Assembly (NCBI RefSeq): GCF_964355755.1
Contig: NC_092674.1
Location: 8,246,001 to 8,310,000 of the forward strand
Length of the DNA: 64,000 bases
Source of the DNA: Antedon mediterranea
Lineage: Eukaryota; Animalia; Echinodermata
Reading direction: 5' to 3'
The translations under genes and the position numbers were made by a program. Below are positions 10,601 to 22,700 of the stretch, one piece after another. A model generated the notes under the pieces. That model was not told where the DNA came from and made no database searches. It was given only the letters and a program-made list of their open reading frames with translations. Numbering within the stretch: position 1 is the stretch's first letter; every line of letters begins with the position of its first letter.

Positions 10601-13600
10601 TTATACTATTGTGATTCTTAGACAGGTTGTATAGTTCATAGTTAGTTAGTTAGTTCATAGTTCATTTTATTTGTCCATACGGAAATTCATGTGACATACA
10701 ATTGCTCAAAGTTAAAAGGTTAATACAATAAAATTACATAGTAACAAAATTCAACGACTTAACAACGATTATTAAAATGTCTAATTGAGTACGAAACAAA
10801 AGAATTAATGAAGCGTTTTGTTCTACAGCGTGTAGCCCTCAAACGCCTTCCAGAACTCAACCACTGAAAATCACTATAGAGTGGATGACTCTCATCTTTC
10901 ATTATGGCGCTCCAAACGGCGATAACTCTGTTATGTACATTAAGAAGTAGTACAGGGATTTTATAGTAATCCCAGCTAGTACTTACCTAATATCCCTAGT
11001 CTGAAATTAACAGTGACGACGATGACACCAGCATAGCCTGCTAGAATACTACCGTTGTATATCGAGCCAGAACCGGATCGAAACTCTCCGTCATGTATAA
11101 AAACCATAACAGGAAATTTGTCGACACCTATGGAAAAATGAATATTTTAGTATATTATTCAGTAAAACTGAAATTGGTGAATACAAAATATACATACTTA
11201 TCATGGGCTCTAGCTATCTTACTTACTCTATGAACCCTTTAGGTTTAGTCATTTACTCGGGTGGTAAGTTCGTTCACTAACCACAAAAGCTAACGATAAT
11301 GGGTTAATAACTAATAAACTTCGAAATGTTTTTTGTAACTTTATAAAACAAAACAATAAAAAATTATTAAAAGGAATAGTAAATTTCTAAACTATACTTG
11401 TGATTTACTGTATTTTACACTTCTAGTTAATAACTTTCAGAACTAAATACCCTCGAATTGAAATACTATTACATTTCGATGAATTTACATCGGTATTCCA
11501 CTTTCCAGAGTTCAATCATCCGCAGGGTTCTACTTCGATCAATAAAAAAACTATCGAATATTCGTACTGTATGACTGCCCTATATTAAATCCCATTTACT
11601 ATAAACTGTATTAGGGTTATGTACTAGAATGCCATTATCTTATTAAGTCATATCACTTGTATTTTAATACATATTTAGGATCACTTCCTTCTCAATAAAG
11701 CATTCTACTTAACAGGCAAAGCGGCAATTATATACACATGCTATTTAGCGCAATATGGATTGTATAAATCGATACCATTAAGACCTTCAATAACGAATCT
11801 TAATTTCCGTAGTTTATTAAGCATTAATATTGATATTAGAATCAATTTAGTAGAATAACAGGCATACGTTTTCATTTGAGTGATATATTAACCACTGAAC
11901 CAGCATGAGCAAACTTTTAGGCCTAATCTCTTTTCTTTTTCATAATTTGTCATAGGCCTACACCAATGTCTCAACGTCTCACACAAAGGTTAAGACTATT
12001 TTAAGCTTCAAAACAATGCCTCATTGGCAAGACACTGTAACCAAATGGAGAGTTGTAAATGGTATAACCAGGGAAGAGTAAGCTTGTTATCTAATAATGT
12101 ACTACAGCACATCCTTTTTGGTAAGGAGTTGAACCTATAAGAAGAATTAAATACTTTATGTCGTTGAATGTTTAGGTGCATCTTACTGGTAAAAACTGAT
12201 ATGTGGTTTCCGTATTGTTTGTCTGATGTCTATTGCTGTTGACAGAAATGAAAGGGGCTAGCTATGTATCATTCATTGTCCTATGTTTGATAAAATTTGG
12301 ATTAAGAATAAGCACACAGAAAAAAACTCAGAAAGCAACAAATAATCACCAATGACTGTATTGAATTTGTATCATTATAATAATATTAGATGCGAAAAAA
12401 TGTTATCATTATAGAAGATTTTACTTCAAACCATAATTCTTCCATGGTGTGAATAACTAGTCACGTATATTTAACCAAATAATCCCTCCGTGATTTAACT
12501 AGCCAATGTAACCCAAGTAAAAGCCTTATTAGCTCATATACGAACTACGTTCTCTTGTTAAAGATACAGTTTCATAACATATTTCAGATAGGCCTACAGT
12601 TTTCACTTGCGAACATAATAATCTTTTAATCGTAAGATGACTGCATGGCACGGCTGTAATGAGGTTATTGCATTCCCATAGTACAGTACCAAACGTGAGT
12701 ACCCCAGCTGAGCTCCAATATAAAAAAAAAAGTTTCATTTTTATGATATACAGTTTCATAACATATTTCAGATAGGCCTACAGTTTTCACTTGCGAACAT
12801 AATAATCGTTTAATCGTAAGATGACTGCACGGCTGTAATAAGGTTATTGTATTTCCATATAATAGTAAATAACGTGAGTACCCCAGCTGAGCTACAGTAT
12901 TAAACAAAGTTTTATTTCTATGATATGGCATCTTTAAATGTGTATTGCAATTTTATACTCTGGCACGTATTGACACTTTCCACGGTTCGCTACACGATAT
13001 TCTCAATGAGAAATCTACGTGATATATTTTTAGTAGCACTTGGCGTACCATACACATTTGTACCTGCCTTGTCTGATATTTATTACCTGTTTAACAGAAT
13101 GTCAATGAGAAAAAGACTATTATATATATTATGTTAACTACTATAACAGAGAATAAAGTTTATTTGTCTTGGCTTATCTAAATTCATTCTATTTTTCAAT
13201 AGTCGTTGTAGTATAACGTAGACCTACTTTGAAGTACACCTTTCAAATCACATAACTTGTCGACACTTATTATATGAGTGTTGTGCTTTGGGTTTTGATT
13301 CACCTTTTTTGCCACAAACGATTATAAGAGCGAGTTTTTTTTATACAACTTTATGACGACGAACACGGTACTCTACTGTATATTGCCGGAAGACTCCCTC
13401 ATTACTGGAAGAGGAGACACGTGTTTACATCAACCGTAAGTTGAAAAGGTATATCAAATGTTTTAATCCAAACACTCGGAAGCAATATTTTTATTAACAT
13501 GCATTCTGTCCTTTGCCGACTAAATGGCAACAGCGGTGTGAGTACGTTGCAAAATGTTCGTTGATAACATTTTTAGATGACGCGATTTTACCTTCGTTAA

Positions 13601-13961
13601 CGCAAAGTATCCACTTAGCTAAGTGGTTGCACTATCAATGACTCAGTAAACACAGAGATTAACACGCTACATCGGAAATTGTACTCTGATGAATTGAGTA
13701 ATGTTTGTACAATGAAATGAATACAGCGCCAGGTAAGGAATACCATGAAAACGTAAACCAAAGTGAACCAACGAAATATTTATACTCTACAAGGCATCAA
13801 CAAAACAAATGTAATTAGATAGTGGAATCAAGAACTAAATAAAATTGATTAACTAAAGATATGTATGCAATTAAGGCATCATCCAAGCAATATGTATAAT
13901 TAAGAGAAAAAAAACACTATACGAAAAACCAAAACCAGCAAAACGTAAAAAAGGTGTCATC

Positions 13962-13994
<33 letters not shown>

Positions 13995-16758
13995 TTAGAT
14001 AGTAAAATCGCATTAAACCAAGTAAGAGCGCAGAAGAAAAAGTAACACTGTCTACACTATCAAACTGTATGTGACCAAAAAATGTGATGTGCCCATATAT
14101 GGACATGATGGTGTCATATCACTACCATATTTGGGCACATCACGCTTTTTTTTGTCAAACTAGTTTTATAATGTAGACAGAGCTTTAGTATGAAAAGTTC
14201 TTGATGTAAAGAAAAGCATAATGGTAAGGAAAATAAAGAAGAAGTCACTACAATTATCTACCCAAATAATATCTCTAAAAAAAAAAGCAGATAATAGAAT
14301 ACGTTCACACGATAAATAGAGACACTGAAAGAAGTAAATTCCGATCTAAAAGTCTTGACTTAAGAGAAGAAGACCATATCAGAGAAATAGTTGATTTTCA
14401 CGCACATTTACCTTGTTTAATTAAATTTCAAATTATCTCGTGAAAACGGTACAACATAATAACATGATGAGCTTCGGTGCCTAGTAACACGAATTAGAAT
14501 CTCATTCATTAGTGCACATAGATGCGCGCAAGATAAACGAGATAACACTACAATCTATCATCAACGTGATACCAATACGACACAATGACAAGTTTCGCTA
14601 GTTCTTCATTATGAAAATGTTGTCTTGTTTGAATGCGACCATTGTTATTTTACAAATAGTAAAGATAAGTATCTGCGCAAATTACATCTATCTAGGCTAT
14701 CATTTCAATAATGTAGGGCAATGAAGGTATAGTTATCCTGAGGGCTGGGGTGACCTAATAATCAACACGAGGGTTACCTACTCTTAATGGGTTTGCAAAA
14801 GGAGAGTTTGAACATATTCATTAAAATGTGCACGCGGAAACGTACTTAGTTAAGAATGGACGAAGGAAATGTAGTAATATAAAACTAAGTAATTGGATAT
14901 TAATAACCTGTGTTGATTATTTTGTTAGTGAAACAAAAGAAGAACAAGATCTTGAACAAAATCAAATTAATCTCATTAAAATTATAATTAATTAGATTCC
15001 GGTCGGTTAACGTTTTTCAAGAATATAATGAGTAGATAAAGAAACAGTGTCACAAATTTGCTAATAAATAACGACAAGTTAGGTATACTACGAGTTATTG
15101 CCAAATTTGGTAAATTACCGTCAAAGTCGCGGATTTCCTCTAAGCGATTTTCCCGCTCAAATCGTAGCGTTTTTAGTCGCGTGGACGCGACTCTATAGTT
15201 CACTATGTCGGTCGGTCGGTCTGTCGGTCTGTCTGTCGGTCCGGTATCACTATGCGTTTTATCACTTTTCTCTACTTTTTGAACTGTTTTGATGTACAGA
15301 CAAGTTTTAACTATGTCGGTCGGTCTGTCGGTCGGTCGGTCGGTCGGTGTGTCAGGTATCACTTTGCGTTTTTCTGTACTTTTTGAACTGTTTTGATGTA
15401 CAGAAAAGTTTTAAAGTACATTACTTTTTGAAAGTTCATTTTTTTCTGAGAGCACACGACTTATGGCTGTTGGCCTTGTTTTTTTATATACGCATAGGCT
15501 ACCTATTCATACTGTATATTTTAAGGCAAATACTTTGTCTCTTATAAATGCGAGAACGTCTTTTTATGTGCCGCTGATTTAAAAGTGATGATTGCATACA
15601 GTTTTACAGTTTACATGTACTATCAAGAAAAAAATATTAGCACAAATTTGTAATTTGTAAATGGGAAAAAATCTCAGAAGCTGAATGTATATTATTTATT
15701 ACAAAAACCTGTACGTAAGTAAAGCGTTATCAAATGTGTTTTAAAACACCACTATCCAATAGTATTGGTAAGCTCATTTCAGATTCATTACTTTAAGTGC
15801 GTATCTTTTTCAAAAAAGGAAAATACTAAACAAACTTATGAAAAATATCACTTGTGCCGATATTCCCCTATCTATAGACAAAATAAACACATTTATAATT
15901 ATGGCATTCTGATGTTGGTTCATTGTGAGGATTTGGAACAATGAACTATACACTAACTATATACTAAATACATTTGATAACTTATTATTGATTTATAAAA
16001 TAATTATTTTCATACATAAATTAAGTTATGAATTATGAGGAAACACTATTATCCGAATTTGTTCAAGTTGTTTATAATTTTAGAATATTAGATAGCCGAG
16101 GAATAAAGGAAAGTGACCAGCCTGGAAATTAATTTAAGCCATCAAATTTGATCACCGCTATGACGTTTGGATTAATTAGTAGAGCTTTAACAAAGCTTAG
16201 GAAAAAATCGTGACTAAAATAAACAAATCGACTAATTCTTTTTCTAAAAAGAGGGAGGAGGGGGGCGGGGAACCTCACCATATATACCTTCATTTATATT
16301 TTCAAAACTACTAATTAAATGTGTTATTTTACGAATATATATATATATATATATTACCGGGCGGTTTAGAATTAATGTTCTATGCCTGATTTGTTTATAT
16401 ATATATATAAGTATCTCTTCGGAGATCCCGCCTCGTGAATAAAAATACTGTAAGATGAGGGCGTATCAATTTGATCTCTGGTGCGCGTGCGTACAACTGA
16501 GGACTAGTGCTGTTCCGCCGTACCACGCCGAGAATGTTAAAGAGTCGCTATCCAATCGAGTTCGAACAATACCATGAAAGCCCCAGTGGTCTAATGGTTA
16601 GGACATCTGCATATCAAGCAGGCGGTCCGAGTTCAAGTCTCGGTTGGGGCGACTTTTTCTCATTCTCACAGATTTCCTCATCTTTATCGTTTCAAATTAA
16701 TTAATTAAATTTCAGTATATTACCGGGCGGTTTAGAATTAATGTTCTATGCCTGATTT

Positions 16759-16792
<34 letters not shown>

Positions 16793-19700
16793 GGGTCCAG
16801 AATTTGGATAATTGTCTGGATTTCCTATATTGAATCAAGTCTTCCGTGACCACATATCTATCTATGGTTTAAATGTGGAAAAGATCCGTCTTGTAGTTTT
16901 GACGTACGGCCTAAAATTAGTAAAATAATAAAAAGTGGTCCAGAATTGGGATAACCAAAATGTAATGGAGTAGTCGGTGACCAGATATCCATGTGGTTTA
17001 AATTTGATAAAGATCCGTCTTTTAGATTGTACGTTATCCTGCTAACAGACAAACACACACATCTCAGAAAAATATAACTTCGGAGGTAAACATATCCAGA
17101 CGTGAACTCGTTACCAGTACAGTTAGGTTATCCGCTATAAAAATACACATTAGTGAATTATCGGTACTAAATATTGATTAATTTCATTTTATCTTTTTAA
17201 AAGTCACTCTTCCTTGGTTGACTCTTGTAATTATAGTAGGCCTACTTATATATAATTTTGGAAAAAGGACCACATGAAATGAAACATTTTATTTGTGCTC
17301 CTTGTTGATTATTATAATTCGAGTAAATCAAAGTTACTATACACTCATTTTTCTTTTTTTTCTCCTGAGACTGAATAAATTTAAATACTCATAAATACAT
17401 GATATTATAGTAATTGATACATAATGAGATTTTCTTTTTTTTCCGAATTTCCAGGTCAGATAGATTATTTTACGGAGAACTTTAATTTGCGTTACTTACA
17501 ATCCATTTCCTTGGATTAGAAAAACTGATTATGCTACCCATTTTAATGTGATTTTCATTCTATACACGATTTCTATATTGTGGTTTTGAAACTCTACTGT
17601 ACATTCATTAGCAGCTTACTCGGTATAACAGTATAACTAGGTTATATCCTGGATCATACAAGTTACGCAATGTCCTATTTATTATTTATATATTTTTTCT
17701 TACGATTGCTTTCTAAAATACATTTAGGAATTCCTTGTATCTAAATGTGGAACATAACCAAGTATAATACAAAATGTCAGAGAAAGAAGACAACTATTAA
17801 CTGTCACTTCGCGATAATATTTTTTTTAATAATATGGCAAAGAGATCCTGAAAAAAATGGCTCACAACAAATATTTTTTCGAGTTATCTCGGATCTCTGA
17901 TCTCTTTTTCGAGGTCTTTCGTCGTAATACCATACAAGCAGTTAACTTTGAATAAAGCGATAAACCTCCTAACTTACAAACACAGACATCAGGCCACGAA
18001 GTACACGTAGACATTGTTCAGTACACTCACGCGCGCGCGCCTCGGGTCTTACATTAACGATTGGATCTCTTTGTCTCTTTAAAAAGATAAATTTCCAGAC
18101 AATCATTAAAAATATTCAATTATAGATGTAATTTACAATAAATATGTTGGCAATATATAAATGTCACCATCTCATTCAGTGTCATGCTTCTAGAATTTCT
18201 AAATTACACAGTCAACTCTGCGCATGCGCCATACTGTTTATTCAGAATGATATATTCAAGTTATTAGGCACAATGCATTTTGCAACTAATGGGTAGAGGT
18301 ATCCTATAATTAGCGAGATAGCAGTATAATCTGTATTTATAAATTGTTCTGAATCTATGTGTCCCAATCGACTGCCTGGGGCTCGGACAGCCTCAACTAA
18401 CCGAAGTTAGTAACGTGATGGGACTACACAACATAATGTTTTCAGAATGTTGACTCAATATCTCTTACACCCCCTGGCAGTATAATGTCTGTAACAGTTA
18501 CTGGTCATTGATTTTACTGCGCTACATCCCTCTGGAGGTTGACAGTCAATGTGTTCTGTAATATTCAGTTTACCAGTAATTCTTTTGGGTCTGTATCACT
18601 TGATAGATCATTCAACCATAATTGCCTAATGTAATGAAGTGTTTCTATTCAACTTCAACCAAAATTTAATCTACAACTTGTTAACCTTTAAGACTACAAT
18701 TTCAATATGTTAGATATAATATTATATAGTAGATCAAAATTAATTATTCTTCGACCTGAAAACTTTTATCGAAATTCAATCGACTGTATAATTATTTTTA
18801 ATTGAATCCTCAGGCTCAACAAAATATTCAATTTGAATATCTTTCTTTTGGAATGAAGACAATTACTAATAAGAGAAAATTACTGAAATCAATGAAACCC
18901 ATTATCGAATTATCGATTTTCTTACATTTTCGTAATTTCTCATTTTGATTTGTTGTAATGTAATACTTTATTTACTAAGCCCACTGTCGATAGATAACAT
19001 AATGCCGTAACTAGTAATTTTGAAATATGTTAATCAGTACTTAATCTAACATTATAAATTGAAAAAAAACAAAACAAAAATGGTATGTGGTATTTATTTC
19101 TTGCAAAAAGTCAAGCCAAAGAACAAGACATAAGTCGCATACAAACAGATCCCACAATAAACTTCCACGATACAGGTATCACATGTGAAACATATTATGC
19201 TGTATTAAGGATTTAACTGATACTCTATAGACAAATATGTTGTAATATTTGAATATACAGCACTGAGAATCAGGCGCTTATACGGTACCGTAAAGTAGTT
19301 CAATTTGTATGACACTTGTTATAATGGTATGTAACATACCAAGATAATAATAATAACAGTGTAGGCATAGGCCTATATACTAAGTCACTTTTATACAGTC
19401 GCATGTGAGTGGCCGCAAGGATCATCAAACTGAGTGTATACACATCTGTTGAAATTGATATTGCAGAAATGTTTGGTTTAAATTGTATTTGATACTAAAT
19501 TCAATTTCATTTTGTGTAAAACTGAAGCTGTGAACATACTCAGAACGGCATTCTCATTTGGATTTACAACTCAACTCAATTAGCTAACTAAAATGTCTGA
19601 ACCACAAGGTTCGTTATTTCCAAAGAACATCATATTAAATTCAGACTCAATTAGATAGAAGGTATACACTCTCGTTGCACGGCATTTTATTTTTCAATAA

Positions 19701-22700
19701 CAGTTAAAGAAGCTATTAAGTCAAATAAAAAAAAACATCTAAATCATAATAAAAATAATTCGATGACATAGTATCTGATGTAACGATATCTGTAACTTGT
19801 TCTTGAAAACATTTACATCTACAGTACTAACGAATAATTGCATTTTATCGATGGGAGTTTGTTTTTTATCGATACCGTCATAGAACAAACAGCGAGAGAT
19901 AGATATCCAACCGGCTTGTTTTAAGTTGGATGCCTTTAAATATCAATATTCTACCGTTAATATAATTTACTCTTTTCTTACGCAACACTATCTTTTATTG
20001 CTTATGGTTTGATGGGTCGGCGAGTGATGTATTTACGCAAGTCGCTAATGTAACGGACAAAAACATAAGTGTACCACTAAACCGATGTAATAATGTCATT
20101 TAATTAGGACATATATGTCAGCGCACATGCGCAGTAATTAATGAGAAAAGTTTGGTAATTTAAACGTTACATGTTGTTTCAATTTGTCTACAGTGTCCGT
20201 CCGACTGTGTATGTACTATACTATATTGATCATACAATTGATAGAATAATTAATAATTTAATTATAATGTTATTGTTTGCTGGAGTTCATTCACCGTCGC
20301 AGAATGGCCAAACATAAAGAGAATGACAGTTTATCAATGCTGTATACATAATAAGTGTAACCAAACACTATATTGATGCTTGTACATTATTAGATACTTA
20401 AGTAAAATTGTACAGTGTTCATAAACCTTTTAATATGGAATCATGATATGAAATAGAAGACAAAATGAATTGTGAAAAATTATTATATGTAAAAACTTTA
20501 GTATAGTAGATCTAGGCTTAGAAAGTGAAGAAGAAGAAATAAAGAAGAAAATATGAAAAAAATGTAATTATGATGGGATGTAAAAATATAAAAAGACAAG
20601 TAGAAAATAAGATCTGCCTTAAAAAGTGGAAACAACAAGCAAAACAAGCAAACAAAAGTCACGATGTGATGCTCAATCATGTTGAACAAATATGTATGTT
20701 TAATTTTGTACTAACAATCTCCATTTCATTTTATCTTTTTAATTTCTATGTTTTGTCTAAGATTCTCTACCATGTTAAATAAATTCATCTGGTTCCCAAT
20801 TGAAGAAGTTCTAAAGCTCTGTGACAAAAAAATGTTGATGATGATATCATATCACTACCATATTTCGGCATATTACCACCATATTTGGGCACATATTTTG
20901 TCCAACTAGTTTGATAGTGTAGACAGATCTTAAGGTTTTTTTGGTTCAACAAAACAGTTATAATTTTCTAATTTCTCTACACTGGCTGACACACGTTTGT
21001 TTGCAAACTCCGACTTTGTCAAAAAATGTTTCCGAAATTTAAGATCACTTAACAAACTTTGGCAAACTACACAATACACTTTAGTTTCAAAATACAGAAT
21101 TTAGTAAAGTTTGCTAGAGTGTAGGTGATTTGATAAATATTTTGTTTTAAACTTTAGAATTAATATTCAACTAAATAAGTTTGTATTGTTTAATCTTTTA
21201 TTCACCTGTAATTTTTACTCTCATTTATAGTAATTTTAATTGTATTATTTGTCATCAAGGTTTGGAAGTTTTTAAGAGTTAGTAAGTCTTTTAACAGGTT
21301 ATTCTTTTATATGGTGTATGTTGCACTATGGATGTTAAATAACAAGCGTAACTAGACATTATGGTGATGTGGTAGTATAGGCCTACATGCATCTTCTTCT
21401 GGTATCATATCTGGTTGCAGAAGTTGTTGTTCTCCAGAGTTTCCCTGTTATATGCAGATTGAATTAAATTGTTTTGGTGAGCTGAGTGTTAAATTGTGAG
21501 AGAAAAGTCAAACGTTGACGACCACAGCTTTTTCTTCCTTCTACTTTTCCGCATAGTGTTAGCAATTGTATTTCTCCTTTCCTATTATTATATGTCCCAG
21601 ATATTTCATTTGTCTTCTCTTAAACTCTTTTAGCAGACTCCGTTGATAATTGCATCTGTTGAAAATGTCTACATTTGACAACCATGTTTCTCAGTGATAC
21701 TTTTAGTATTCTGTTAAACAAGGCCAACAGCCATTAAGTCGCATGCTACAATGCATAGTGATACCGGACCGACAGACAGACCGACAGACAGACCGACCGA
21801 CCGTCATAGTGAACTATACTGACCGAAATTACTGAACATGTTTAAAAATGTTGAAATGTTTAAAAACATTTATATTTTTTAAATTTACACGTGCGTAGCC
21901 TGTCACTTTTGACGTGCTCGTATAACGTGATTTCGAGTTGAAAAGTAAGTCAAGAAAACAGAAATCGCGCAAAAAGAGTGCGCAATAACATTTAACGCGC
22001 AGTGCGCGCTAAAAAATATGCGCACTCATGGCAATTTTGTAAACGCTTAAAATTGCCTGAAACGTACTCTTATTTCATCGAAAATAAATTTTGACAATTT
22101 TAAGCGGGCGTACGCATGCGTTATATGCGCTACGCACGTAATTGTATTGCCATATGATGATTTATGCCCTGAAATTTATGAGTACCAAATTTTATTTAAT
22201 TGTGATTCATGGTTGTGAAGATATGATTACAAACGTGATTTCGTTAAATCGTGCGTAGACCGCGTAATTTTTTATTGCGCACCGTGAAAACATAACCACA
22301 TCGATTCCTGGCCATAAGGAATATACTGTGAAAAATTGACCTAGCTAGATTAAACTGATACCAAGAGATAAGGTCAGAAAGCGATAAAACGCATAGTGAT
22401 ACCGGACCAACAGACCGACAGACCGACCGACCGACCGACATAGTGAACTATAGAATCGCTTCCACGCGACTAAAAACCTCACATGACTCTATCCGTCTTG
22501 CTATGTCTATTTTTGTCCAGCTTTCGCAGGCATACAGTAAAAATTGACCAGATGTATGTTTTTCAGTCGTACTTTTGTAGCCATATGCACACTTTTGTTT
22601 TGTTTCTTATTTCCTTCATGAATGTATTTGTTGCTTGCGCTACTTCTTGCATCTTCTGTTATAATAATATGACCATGGTAAAATTATGATGATATGTGTT

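Noticed and set aside
12015-12145. SINE-like core (CATTGGCAAGACACT...)
   Set aside because: No A/B boxes or tail could be identified; too degraded.
12529-12931. Two ORFs sharing identical peptides
   Set aside because: Result of the 180-bp tandem duplication; no ATG or splice support.
14988-15362. 124-aa ORF with PTDR repeats, and similar ORFs at 22244, 61602 and 62386
   Set aside because: Translation of the GACC/GACA microsatellite of the HINE elements.
16498-16504. CTGAGGA as a hammerhead core inside the tRNA cassette
   Set aside because: No stem II followed by GAAA at the required distance.
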